A stretch of DNA of 64,000 nucleotides, taken from contig JAMDBQ010000006.1 of NCBI GenBank assembly GCA_023487445.1, positions 4,157 to 68,156 of the forward strand. The letters are read 5' to 3'. Made by a program: the position numbers and the translations under genes. Positions within the stretch are counted from its first letter, which is position 1, and each line of letters begins with the position of its first letter. The notes beneath the pieces are model-generated. The model was given only the letters and a program-made list of their open reading frames with translations, was not told the DNA's origin and ran no database searches. Origin of the DNA: Candidatus Marsarchaeota archaeon. Lineage in GTDB: Archaea; Thermoproteota; Thermoprotei_A; Marsarchaeales; Marsarchaeaceae. Below are positions 34,226 to 43,370 of this stretch, piece after piece.

Positions 34226-34600
34226 TTACACTTCACCCTTTCTCCTGAACGTTATGCTTGTCTCCCTCGAATTGGAGGAGGCTATCCTATACAGTAGCTG
34301 TTTAAGCGTTGCGTCGTTGATTGGCCTGTCGAGCCTTCCTGCCTGGTAAAGACCTATGATCTGGTCCTCCAAGAGTCTAGCGACAGAGGGCTTAACCATT
34401 CTCACGTTCTGTAGCCTCTGCCTCGCCTCCGTTGTCAAGGCCTGCCTAAGCACCATCTGGCGTCGGGCTTCTTCGGCTTCAAGCTCAGCTCTCTGAGCCG
34501 CCTCCTGAGGCGACTGCCTCTGCTGCTGTAGACGACTGAGCTGCCTGCGTTTAAGCTCTTCAAGTTCCTGGTCATCGTAGCCTGCTTCGTATTCGCTCAA
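34226..34600 (-). CDS. PDCD5/TFAR19-like double-stranded DNA-binding protein
   Basis: ..ELKRRQLSRLQQQRQ...EAEEARRQMVLRQALTTEARQRLQNVRMVKPSVARLLEDQIIGLYQAGRL..INDATLKQLL.. is the dsDNA_bind family pattern; conserved neighbour of rps19e. Confidence 0.75.
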   Translation of the reverse strand: MSEYEAGYDDQELEELKRRQLSRLQQQRQSPQEAAQRAELEAEEARRQMVLRQALTTEARQRLQNVRMVKPSVARLLEDQIIGLYQAGRLDRPINDATLKQLLYRIASSNSRETSITFRRKGEV

Positions 34601-34602
34601 AT

Positions 34603-35112
34603 CTACTCCCCTACATAGAGGGAAAGAAGAGGTTCCTTGCTTACAGCCGAGGAGAGAAGCTCATCCGCTACCTTCCTAGTTAGCACGTAACCCTGCATCG
34701 ACAGAACCCTCATCTTCTTAGCGTCGCGTTCAACGAGGCCCGCGAGTTCAAGCGACTTCAGAATCCTCCGTACGTGACCTCCTGCCGCGGGAACGAACTT
34801 TTCAGGCTTTCTACCTGTGGACGCCTTACCGCCGTAATTAACTTCAAAATCCCTTAAACCCATGCTTCCCTTAAGTGCAAGCTTCCTCATTATGGAGGCG
34901 CTTCTGGTATACCACCAGTCAGGGTCAGTCGGCGGCCCAAGCCTAGCTGGGCAAGTTTTCACGAACTTCGCCCAGCTCGGAGGGGTCAACTGCGGATAAG
35001 ATGAACGCAGCTTGGCCGCCAAAGCCGATATAAACTGGCTATGGCTTACCGCGCGCACCCTGAGACGTGTCGAAGAAACCTCGCTCAATGAACCTCTGAG
35101 TGCGTGAAACAA
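34603..35112 (-). CDS. rps19e: 30S ribosomal protein S19e
   Basis: ..PSWAKFVKT.PARLGPPTDPDWWYTRSASIMRKL......GGHVRRILKSLELAGLVE.. typical S19e. Confidence 0.85.
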   Translation of the reverse strand: MFHALRGSLSEVSSTRLRVRAVSHSQFISALAAKLRSSYPQLTPPSWAKFVKTCPARLGPPTDPDWWYTRSASIMRKLALKGSMGLRDFEVNYGGKASTGRKPEKFVPAAGGHVRRILKSLELAGLVERDAKKMRVLSMQGYVLTRKVADELLSSAVSKEPLLSLYVGE

Positions 35113-35158
35113 CTTTTAATGGTATAAGCTTTACTTAAACCTGAAGTTTGAAGGCAAG

Positions 35159-35242
35159 CGCTGGGGACGGGATTTGAACCCGCGCGGCCGAAAGGCCACA
35201 GGCTTAGCAAGCCCGCTCCCTACCAGGCTAGGAGACCCCAGC
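35159..35242 (-). tRNA. tRNA-Ser(GCU): tRNA-Ser (anticodon GCU), no intron
   Basis: GCTGGGG TC TCCT AGCCTGGTA GGGA G CGGGC TTGCTAA GCCTG + variable arm TGGCCTTTCGGCCGC + GCGGG TTCAAAT CCCGT CCCCAGC G. Confidence 0.85.
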
Positions 35243-35247
35243 AGTGG

Positions 35248-35552
35248 CTCCCCCTGATAACCAGAGGCGCTCCAACATTGGTGGGCAGCCTTTATCCTTT
35301 GCCCTTTAGTTCGAGAACGTGTAAAGTCGAAGGTCAAGCTGCTCCCTCCCGGGCCTGACTCGGTTCCCCCCGTTAGCCGGCCAACGCCTCCCTACAGAAG
35401 CGTTCACCGGTCCCTTACACCCCTCGACCACGGACTGCATCGAAAGGGAGCCCCCCTTTGCTGAAAGCCCACCGGCTCTCAGGAGGTTACTGGCATCCGC
35501 GTGTCGTCCATTTCGGACTTGGAGGGAGGACGAGCCCCTCTGCCCTACCCGA
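35248..35552 (-). ncRNA. SRP_RNA: signal recognition particle RNA (7S/SRP RNA); ends approximate
   Basis: Minus strand contains GAGUCAGGCCCGGGAGGGAGCAGC (helix-8 motif; compare E. coli 4.5S GGUCAGGUCCGGAAGGAAGCAGCC). The 5' GGGCAGAGGGGCUC pairs with the 3' GAGCGCCUCUG, GUCGAGG pairs with CCUUCGAC, and CCGGUGGGC pairs with GCCCACC. About 300 nt, ORF-free, GC-rich. Confidence 0.8.
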
Positions 35553-35618
35553 ACTAAACTATCTGTGCGTGACTTATCTGTTTTTGTGTTGTGTTGTGTT
35601 GACTCATGCAGGCTCGTC

Positions 35619-36572
35619 TCAGACTGGCTCGGGGTTCAGGCCACTGAGTCTTCTGAATTCCTGAATGTACTCACACACCTTGCATAGTTTACGGCTTGAG
35701 CTCGTGGGTTCCCCGCACAGCTCACACTTTGCATACAACCCGCCCGCCCGAGCCACATCCCTCAGTTTGTCTTCGAAGTTGAGCAGCGCATCGCGTGAAC
35801 CGCTCACGTGGCCTTCAAGCTCAAACAACACCTCTCTCACCTTGTCTCTCACGGTATCCCGGGAGTAGGGGCACTCAACCGACTGGAAGCCGTAACCGCG
35901 TAGATAGGCGTATATCGCAACCTCCCGCTCTGAAAGCCTTCGCAGAGGTTTTATCCTGCGCACAAGTTCATGGGTTCCCTCCGCAGTCCTCAGCATCCTC
36001 TCGAGGTCGCCTCTAAGCACGTTCATTAAAACAGTCTGAGCTTCATCGTCTTTGTTGTGTCCGAGCGCTATCTTGTTGGCGCCCAGCCTCCTAGCAGCCT
36101 CATTCAAAGCCCTTCGCCTAAACACGCCGCAGACGCTGCACGCAGATCCGTTCTGGACCCTTAGTCTAACATAGGAGTCAAGCGTGCCACCGAACAGCTC
36201 CCGGTAGCTGTACACGTGTAGTGGAACATTGAACTTGGCCGCCACCTCCCTGGCGTAGCCCAACGCCTCCTCCCTGTAACTGGATTCCCCTGTCGATATC
36301 CCTTCATCTACCGTGGCCGCCACTAGGTTTAGATCGCGCATTTTCCTTGCAAGTCGTCCCAATATGTCTGTGAGCACAACACTGTCTTTCCCACCTGAAA
36401 GACCTATGAGAACAGTATCTCCCGAAGAAAGCATATTCTCGTTCTTCATTGTTCTCACAGCCTTCCTGTACACGTGCCTGAGAATACACCGTTTGCAGTA
36501 AACAATGTTCGAAGACCGGTCTAGGTAAACAGGTTCGGCGCCACAAGAGCACCGCGCCGATCCCAGGCTCAT
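35619..36572 (-). CDS. PP-loop tRNA 2-thiolation protein (Ncs6/Ctu1 - TtuA family) with terminal zinc fingers
   Basis: PP-loop GLSGGKDS, N-terminal CSCG..YCKRC and C-terminal CELCG..CKVC zinc knuckles, central CSVCG. Confidence 0.8.
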   Translation of the reverse strand: MSLGSARCSCGAEPVYLDRSSNIVYCKRCILRHVYRKAVRTMKNENMLSSGDTVLIGLSGGKDSVVLTDILGRLARKMRDLNLVAATVDEGISTGESSYREEALGYAREVAAKFNVPLHVYSYRELFGGTLDSYVRLRVQNGSACSVCGVFRRRALNEAARRLGANKIALGHNKDDEAQTVLMNVLRGDLERMLRTAEGTHELVRRIKPLRRLSEREVAIYAYLRGYGFQSVECPYSRDTVRDKVREVLFELEGHVSGSRDALLNFEDKLRDVARAGGLYAKCELCGEPTSSSRKLCKVCEYIQEFRRLSGLNPEPV

Positions 36573-36619
36573 AAGCTTCCTACACTCATATGGTTAATTA
36601 ACTTTACACAGGGAGTGAA

Positions 36620-36868
36620 TTGTCGGCCACGGCAAGCATAGAGTCCAACGCAAAGCAGATAATACAAAACATCCTCAACCAAGCGTTCTCTTTCGCTTCC
36701 TGGACGATCACCCAGCTAACCAGAGAGATCCTCGCAATAATGCAACCTGTCTCAGTCTTGGTGTTCCTGGTGGGTCTGATACTTTGGATGACCGGCCTTG
36801 AACGAAGGGCTGGTAAAAGACTCATGATAGGAGCCGCGGTGATAGGTTTGGTGTCAATCATACTCTAA
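36620..36868 (+). CDS. small two-TM membrane protein, unknown function
   Basis: 82-aa ORF (TTG start) with two clear hydrophobic helices (..VSVLVFLVGLILWMTGL.. and ..LMIGAAVIGLVSIIL). The overlapping antisense ORF 36604..36861 looks less protein-like. Confidence 0.35.
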   Translation: MSATASIESNAKQIIQNILNQAFSFASWTITQLTREILAIMQPVSVLVFLVGLILWMTGLERRAGKRLMIGAAVIGLVSIIL

Positions 36869-36937
36869 CCCGCCACCTAAAGCGCTCTTTAAGCCAAGGA
36901 GTAGCCACCTTCAACCCCCCCTTCGATGGACGGGTAT

Positions 36938-37987
36938 TCATTGGGGTGCGTATCTTAGGAATGCTGCTGCGCCGCCCATGCCCGCGAGTTGCTCGCCACG
37001 TTCGTGGCGATCCGAAATTATTTCAACCTTGCCTCCGTATTTTTCTACTGCTGACACAACACGGATAGAGCGCTCATGGCAATCCCTGAGTGCGCGGGTA
37101 GATATGAGTAGTGTGTCCACCGCGCCCTGTTCAGCTGCTTGTTCAACTGCGTCCAAACCCAAAATCACCTTTGTGTTATTCGAGGCAGCCTCCTTCAAAA
37201 CTTCGTCAAGCAGCCTGATTTCGGCTGAGAGCCTAGCATCCTTTAGAAAACCCTTCTCAAACATGGCGTTCACGGCTTCTTTTATGCCGGCCGCCCCGGC
37301 GTATGGGGCGTCAACGGCTGTAACCCTTATCTCAACTCCTTCGGATGCGAGAAGAGCCTTCACCGCCTGAGCTACTTTCTGCTTAAAGTAGCCTGGACCC
37401 GAGAAAACCACGAGTCCTCTTCCGCGAACGAATCTACGTATCTCCGAAGCCATCTTTGCAAGCTGCTTTTCAATCTTCTCCTCCTGCTTGGGGTCACCTT
37501 TGCCTGGTATGCCCGTGTCCCATGAGGCTACGGTCTCCACACCGTAATCCCAAACCCTGCCAATCGCCACCTCATGGTAGTCGACTGACACTATGAGCAC
37601 AGCATCCCCGAGCCGCTCCTTCCCCAGTTGATTCAGCTCTTCCTTGGTCCACGCCTGCTTTGTCACAGTAATGACGCTTCCGCTGTCGACGACAATGGTG
37701 TGGTATGACCCCAACACCCCGAGTTCATCGGGGTCGTCCACAATCTTACCCGTAATCCGCAGCGTCTCACCAAATGGCTCGAAGCTCACCTTCTCAACCC
37801 GCACGGTGAGTTTGGTGTTCACCCTCTCACCTCTCTCCTCCCCGTTGGGTGAGCGCGTCATCCTGGTGGTCTTAGAAGTTACTAAGGCGCCGCGCGGGAC
37901 AACGGTCTCTAGGAGCCAGAGGTCATTCGGGCTGGTCACCTGCACGGTGACCGACCCCGTCTTTGCATCGTAGCCGATTACACGCAT
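36938..37987 (-). CDS. pelA: Pelota (Dom34) mRNA surveillance / ribosome rescue factor
   Basis: 349 aa, eRF1-like three-domain protein; ..DLWLLETVV..GALVTSKTTR.., ..VFSGPGYFK.., ..GGAAAFLRY.. C-terminus. Confidence 0.85.
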   Translation of the reverse strand: MRVIGYDAKTGSVTVQVTSPNDLWLLETVVPRGALVTSKTTRMTRSPNGEERGERVNTKLTVRVEKVSFEPFGETLRITGKIVDDPDELGVLGSYHTIVVDSGSVITVTKQAWTKEELNQLGKERLGDAVLIVSVDYHEVAIGRVWDYGVETVASWDTGIPGKGDPKQEEKIEKQLAKMASEIRRFVRGRGLVVFSGPGYFKQKVAQAVKALLASEGVEIRVTAVDAPYAGAAGIKEAVNAMFEKGFLKDARLSAEIRLLDEVLKEAASNNTKVILGLDAVEQAAEQGAVDTLLISTRALRDCHERSIRVVSAVEKYGGKVEIISDRHERGEQLAGMGGAAAFLRYAPQ

Positions 37988-37989
37988 AT

Positions 37990-39234
37990 TCAGGGGGAAA
38001 CGTCTTCGAAGGTCAGGGTCACCACGCCCGCCGGCCTCCTAACAACGTTTCCAAGCCTGTTACCGATCAGGTACTGCACCGATATGTCCCCGGCGGTGTC
38101 AAGTATCCTCTGACTTATCACGCCGTCGAACACTACGGCGTAAGGATTCTTACCCGAAAGTTCCTGAAGCTTATCGGCCATCTCCTTCACCGATAGCCTC
38201 GCAATTTCGTTCAGCGACTGGTCGAGCACCACCGCTTCCAAAGTGCCGTATAGATCCTTAACGTAGGCAGCAATCTTCTCGGGCACAGGCGGCCTCTGCT
38301 TTTGCACTACCTGTTGAACCGCCTGAGCCTGCTGAACCTGCTGTACTGTCGTCGGCCTAGGCTCTTGGTGCTGCGATTCGCGGGGAGGCTTTTCCGTCTG
38401 CACATGCTGGCTTACCGGCACTTTGGACATGAGAGACTTCATTATCTCTTTACCTGTGAGCTCCTCAACCTCCTTGCCCTGGGGTGCCCTCGCCACGAAA
38501 TCGATCTCGGCGACCTCGAGAAGACGCTTCAAAATCAGGTCGCCACCTCTGTCACCGTCCAGAAACACACATGTCTCCTTGGTTTTGCAAAGCTCGATAA
38601 TTGTCTTCGGAACCCTTTCAGCAGCTCCTCCCAAGGAGATGGCGTTCTTGTAGCCGTACCTGAGCAGGTTGAGCACATCAGCACGCCCCTCAACTAGGAT
38701 AACACTGTCAGACTCATCGACCTCTGGGCCGGCGTCAAGTTTCTCGGGGCCGTACTCGATCAGCGCCGCCTCCCTGACTTTGCCCAGAAGGCTCTGCAGC
38801 ATCTCCCTGACGTCAACCTTCTCCTGTTTCCTCTCCCAGTTCTCAAGTATCTCCTTCGCCCTGACGATCACCTTGTTAACCTTCTCCATCCGAGTGTCTT
38901 CTATGCCGTCTAGGGTTATCCTTGCGGTATAGGGGCCGATTCTATCTACGTTCTCAACTATTGAGGCGATAAGAGCAGTCTCAGCTTTATCCAGATTCGA
39001 CGGGATCATTATTTTACCGTAGCTTTTGTTGTCCTTTACATCCAAGTCAACCACTATGCGCCCGATCCTCCCCTTTTCGAGGAGAGCCCGGAAATCATAT
39101 TCCTCGTTGAACAACCCTTCAGTCTGGCCGAATATCGCTCCGATCACATCGCTCTTATCAATCATTCCGTCAACTTCGCAGCTGGCGTTAATGATGTATT
39201 TAGCAGCGCTAGGTGAAATTCCACCCATTATCAA
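37990..39234 (-). CDS. dnaG: archaeal DnaG primase-like protein (Toprim; exosome-associated)
   Basis: ..VIGAIFGQTEGL.. N-terminal block and Toprim ..VILVEGRADVLNLLRYG..VFLDGDRGGDLI..; TTG start at 39234 with TATA ~30 nt upstream. Confidence 0.85.
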   Translation of the reverse strand: MIMGGISPSAAKYIINASCEVDGMIDKSDVIGAIFGQTEGLFNEEYDFRALLEKGRIGRIVVDLDVKDNKSYGKIMIPSNLDKAETALIASIVENVDRIGPYTARITLDGIEDTRMEKVNKVIVRAKEILENWERKQEKVDVREMLQSLLGKVREAALIEYGPEKLDAGPEVDESDSVILVEGRADVLNLLRYGYKNAISLGGAAERVPKTIIELCKTKETCVFLDGDRGGDLILKRLLEVAEIDFVARAPQGKEVEELTGKEIMKSLMSKVPVSQHVQTEKPPRESQHQEPRPTTVQQVQQAQAVQQVVQKQRPPVPEKIAAYVKDLYGTLEAVVLDQSLNEIARLSVKEMADKLQELSGKNPYAVVFDGVISQRILDTAGDISVQYLIGNRLGNVVRRPAGVVTLTFEDVSP

Positions 39235-39437
39235 TCATCAGTGTCTCGGTAATCCACGGATATTATAAAGCTTAGTTAGCCGGAGAGCGGCCTGTCGCCC
39301 GGTCTCTGACGCCGATGCTCACGGTTGGGCTTGACGCCACCTCACAGCGGTCCTCGAACCAGGCTTAGTCGGCCGCTCCCCTAGAGGAGGACTCGTCCCT
39401 TCAGAATTTAACTTTTACCCGGCCACCAGCCCCGATT

Positions 39438-41075
39438 CTAAGTCAACGTAAGACCTTTGAAGGCCATTTTGTGAAGTTCAACCTCGAACAGCGCCACCGG
39501 GTAGTCTATACCCATTTCCACTAGAACCGACGGATCCACTTCGCCAATGAAGCCCGCCGCTGACCCGCCACTCTTCAGGTAGGCGGATCTACCCCTGATA
39601 AAACTGGGTACGTGGATGTTCTCGAACTCGGCGCGGTAACCCGTGTCGCGGCAGAACGAGTTGAACAGTTTCTCGACCGTAAGGGAGTCGGCGGTGTTCG
39701 CGCTTATTGCGGCCGCAGCATGTACTGCCTGAACGTATTCGCCGCAAGAGACGTACGCCACCGCGCCCACCTCGTACACCTGAAGAGGCTTGGGCTTGGT
39801 TTGGTTTCTGAACACAATCCAAAGCAGCCCGGGGTAAAGCCACGCCCTCAGACGGTTAAGCTCCTTCGAGTACGGGTTTGAAACCCGCACGTAACCTATT
39901 TCAGGGAAGGGGTTTGGAGGCTGGTTTTCGGAGGTAAGTAACAGGCTGTTGAATTCCACGAACCCAAGAGAGGCCAAGCTGTTTCTCGCGGCAGATGCAA
40001 GCCTCGTCGAGGGCTGCACTCCGCCGATAGTTGCTAAACTCGGCCGCTCTGGGGTGAACCCGTTGTACCCCGCCATAACCGCGACGTCCTCGACCAAGTC
40101 GACATCATCTATCAGGTCAACCCTGTAGCCTGGGACATTAACGTGCACTGCACCCCCAGCAGCCGCGGCGTCAAGCCTAGACTTTGAAAGATTCTCGACG
40201 ACGTCTTTAGCAGTGAACGACGTCCCCAGTAGCCTGTTGACGCCACCTACACTCAGCCTGAACTTCCTGCGGGGAACCACCTTCAAACCGGTTATCGCCG
40301 GCCGGCAAAGCGCACCACCGTACTCGCAGATGTTGTACGCAACCATCTCACACGCCGCGTGGGTCAGCCTTCTATCGGTTCCGGTGACATCCACGATAAA
40401 GTCCGTGGTGTTCTCCGACACTTGAGTGAGCTTGGCGTTTATGATCGGAGGCATGGAGAGCACCTCGCCTTCCTCGGTTGCGAACACGGGGTATTTCGCG
40501 CAACCCTTCAAAAGGTGGGCGTATTCAACTCCTTTATCGGTCGAGGTTAGAATGTTGTTAGCATTCATCGGCGCGTCTCCGTTGAGTGGAGTGAAAACTA
40601 TCTGAGACGGATCACGTGCTTGGTAGACTAGGGCGTGGGATTGTAGGCGGGAGTAGTCGTGCACACCTATCGCGAACTTAACCCTACCAGCGGAAAGAGT
40701 AGAGTGGAGCTTCTCCTGGTAGGCGAGAATGTCTCCTATAACTTCGGCGTCGGCTTTGACGCCCTTTACTACTAGGAAATCACAGTATGGGCGGATACCC
40801 GAAAGCGAGGAAACGTCGACTCTTACGGTGAAGTCTGTATCCGCCGCAACATACTTTGGTTCACCCTTTTCTACGCCGAGGTAACCTTTGACCGCCCGGG
40901 CAAGCCCGGAGGCACACATCATGTCAGGCCTGTCAGAGGTGAGTTCTAATTCGTAGTCTTTTCCGCTTACACGCATCTCCCCTTTCAGGTTGAACACGGC
41001 CTCTTCAAGTAACTCGGGTGTTACATCACCAATCAGCTTCCTCAGCAGACTGGAGCTTATTCTACATGTGGGCAA
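39438..41075 (-). CDS. pheT: phenylalanyl-tRNA synthetase beta subunit
   Basis: 545 aa, archaeal PheT size, B3/4 and B5 regions (..LTSDRPDMMCASGLARA..); overlaps pheS stop. Confidence 0.85.
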   Translation of the reverse strand: MPTCRISSSLLRKLIGDVTPELLEEAVFNLKGEMRVSGKDYELELTSDRPDMMCASGLARAVKGYLGVEKGEPKYVAADTDFTVRVDVSSLSGIRPYCDFLVVKGVKADAEVIGDILAYQEKLHSTLSAGRVKFAIGVHDYSRLQSHALVYQARDPSQIVFTPLNGDAPMNANNILTSTDKGVEYAHLLKGCAKYPVFATEEGEVLSMPPIINAKLTQVSENTTDFIVDVTGTDRRLTHAACEMVAYNICEYGGALCRPAITGLKVVPRRKFRLSVGGVNRLLGTSFTAKDVVENLSKSRLDAAAAGGAVHVNVPGYRVDLIDDVDLVEDVAVMAGYNGFTPERPSLATIGGVQPSTRLASAARNSLASLGFVEFNSLLLTSENQPPNPFPEIGYVRVSNPYSKELNRLRAWLYPGLLWIVFRNQTKPKPLQVYEVGAVAYVSCGEYVQAVHAAAAISANTADSLTVEKLFNSFCRDTGYRAEFENIHVPSFIRGRSAYLKSGGSAAGFIGEVDPSVLVEMGIDYPVALFEVELHKMAFKGLTLT

Positions 41076-42534
41076 CTTTCGCGGAAGCCTCCTCCTTAGA
41101 AACCACGGCGTCCAAGTCCTGCGTGATTAGCTCTCTAATGTCGGTTAAGCCGTAGTACACCATGGCGAGCCTCGTCACTCCAATCCCCCAGGCGAGAACG
41201 GGAAACTTGATACCAAGCGGTCTAGTCACCTCGGGTCTGAACACACCTCCAGGGGCAACTTCGATCCAGCCGAGTTCGCCATGGTATGCGTAGCCTTCAA
41301 CTGAGGGTTCCGTGAACGGGAAGTAGCTAGGCTTGAACCTGAGCTTGGTGATCCCCAGACTTGATGCCAGCGCCTCGAGGAAACCGAGCAGATTCCTGAA
41401 GGTGAGCGACGGCCCACCCACTATGCCCTCACACTGGTCGAAGTCTGGGAGATGCGTTTGATCGATTGCGTCCCGCCTGAAATTCCTGTCTATCGTAAAG
41501 TACTTGAACGGGGCCGTAGGCTTCTCCGCAAGCCTGCGTGCCGAAACCGCCGTTGTGTGTGAACGCAGCACAAGCCTACCTGCGGCAACAGCGTCCCAGC
41601 GGTAACCCCACCCTTTCTCATGTGCTCTACCCACTCTCAAAGCGGCCTCCCGGGAAGGGCGTGGCCCGAGCCTAACGTCGCTAGAGACCGCGTAGCTATC
41701 ATGCTCCTCTCTAGCGGTGTGGTTCTGGGGTACGAAGAGGGCGTCGAAGTTCCAGAACTCGTACTCCATATAGGGGCCGAGCATCTCCTCGAACCCCATG
41801 GATACAAGGATTTCGCGAACCGTGGATATGAACTCCTTGTAGAAGTGGCGTTTACCCCTGAGAGCGGCTGTGGCTTCGCTTGATCCGAACGCATAGGGTG
41901 GCAGCGTGAACCTCGAGTAGCTTCCGGCGGTGATGTCCCTATGGGTTAGGGCCGTGTGAACCCGCGTCTTCAAAACCTCATGAACGGACACGCCCTGGGC
42001 AAGCCTCACCCTCACACTACTTGCTTCTCTCACCTCAACGATTTGCCTGGCCTTCAGGTCCATGTATTCGTGCGGAACCTCGTCAAACACCAGCCTCCCC
42101 TTTTCCCTCAGCTTGTCGAACGCTTCCGACAAATCCCTCTTCTGAGCGCTTTTGGTAAGGATCCTACCCGAATCCGAAGTTGTGAGGCGAAGCATGCCAC
42201 GTCTGAGACCCCAGGCCACTCCGGCCTTGAAATCGTCGGGTGAGAGCCCGGAACCGGTTTTCGCAGCATCAATCGGAACGCCCTCACCCACGTATTCATA
42301 GAGAACGTCTTCGGGCAGCTTCCCAAGCTTTTCGCCCCTTTCAGTGAGACGAACTTCGTAGAGCTTCGACTCGGAGCGCTGGAGCAAACCCTTGCTCCAG
42401 AGCCCTTCAACCGCGGAAGAAACCGAGGCGACTGGCAGCCGGGTGGCTTCACACAAATCGTCAAGGGAGAACTCGCCTCCTCCCCCCAAAGCCTTCAGAA
42501 CCATGGCTTCGGTCTCAGTTACCCCGGCGCTCAC
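41062..42534 (-). CDS. pheS: phenylalanyl-tRNA synthetase alpha subunit
   Basis: N-terminal wHTH repeats and class II core (..LRSHTTAVSARRL.., ..FRRDAID.THLP.F.Q.EG.., ..GWIEVAPGGVFRPEV..). Confidence 0.9.
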   Translation of the reverse strand: MSAGVTETEAMVLKALGGGGEFSLDDLCEATRLPVASVSSAVEGLWSKGLLQRSESKLYEVRLTERGEKLGKLPEDVLYEYVGEGVPIDAAKTGSGLSPDDFKAGVAWGLRRGMLRLTTSDSGRILTKSAQKRDLSEAFDKLREKGRLVFDEVPHEYMDLKARQIVEVREASSVRVRLAQGVSVHEVLKTRVHTALTHRDITAGSYSRFTLPPYAFGSSEATAALRGKRHFYKEFISTVREILVSMGFEEMLGPYMEYEFWNFDALFVPQNHTAREEHDSYAVSSDVRLGPRPSREAALRVGRAHEKGWGYRWDAVAAGRLVLRSHTTAVSARRLAEKPTAPFKYFTIDRNFRRDAIDQTHLPDFDQCEGIVGGPSLTFRNLLGFLEALASSLGITKLRFKPSYFPFTEPSVEGYAYHGELGWIEVAPGGVFRPEVTRPLGIKFPVLAWGIGVTRLAMVYYGLTDIRELITQDLDAVVSKEEASAKVAHM

Positions 42535-43007
42535 GCGGTCGGCGTCACACTCCTTGCCACGCGTTTACCCAGCATGTCTATTTCACCGTTGAGTATGCGG
42601 GTGGTTGACACAGGCCTACCATCATAAGCCTTTACAGTGGGAACCAACACGATCTCAACCGGCGGAAGACCCCTTGAAACCCTCTGAATATTTATTTCAC
42701 AGGCATAAGGCAGATTTTCTTCGCTTGTAACAAGGTGAGAGTAGCCTGAGTCGGATAAAACTGGTCCCGCGTGGTCGAGTAGTTTAACCACCTTCGGATC
42801 CACTCCGAACTTCATTCTGAAGAACTCGGAAACTCTTCGGCTCCTCGCTTCGAAGCCGGGGACCCCATGATACTTGGCTATGAGTGGCTCAAAGGTGACG
42901 CCCACCGTGACCTCTCCTCCCAGCTCAACGCACTTTTTGAAAAGCGATCTATGCCCGACGTGAATCACTGCAAACGTGCCGCCCGTAGCAACTTTACCCG
43001 ACCCCAT
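42531..43007 (-). CDS. coaD: phosphopantetheine adenylyltransferase, archaeal type
   Basis: VATGGTFAVIHVGHRSLFKKC..EVTVGVT.. = GGTFD/HxGH nucleotidyltransferase motif in a 158-aa protein (COG1019-like). Confidence 0.7.
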   Translation of the reverse strand: MGSGKVATGGTFAVIHVGHRSLFKKCVELGGEVTVGVTFEPLIAKYHGVPGFEARSRRVSEFFRMKFGVDPKVVKLLDHAGPVLSDSGYSHLVTSEENLPYACEINIQRVSRGLPPVEIVLVPTVKAYDGRPVSTTRILNGEIDMLGKRVARSVTPTA

Positions 43008-43211
43008 TACCCATCACGCACCCACGTCGTACGGTGTGGTGCCGTAGCCAGCCATCCTCCAGCCTTCACGTAGCTCAACCAGTGCTTCTCAAGAACCACA
43101 GTATTTAAGCACCACTTAGAGGAGCCGAACCCTGCGCACCCACCGCCACGGGCTCCCCGTCTCCAAGGGAGGCGCGTGCGCTCGGGCAGCCAGCCCAGCG
43201 CCCCTCCAAGG

Positions 43212-43286
43212 CGGGCCCGGAGGGATTTGAACCCTCGACCTACGGCTCCGAAGGCCGCCGCCCTATCCATGCTAGGCTACGGGCCC
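43212..43286 (-). tRNA. tRNA-Arg(UCG): tRNA-Arg (anticodon UCG), no intron
   Basis: GGGCCCG TA GCCT AGCATGGATA GGGC G GCGGC CTTCGGA GCCGT AGGTC GAGGG TTCAAAT CCCTC CGGGCCC G. Confidence 0.85.
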
Positions 43287-43370
43287 GGCACACCTATTTC
43301 CAAGGACGATTTAAGCTAGGGGGACTGCGCCTGCAAAAACAGTTAAGACTACCCCGTCAAACCACGGTGC

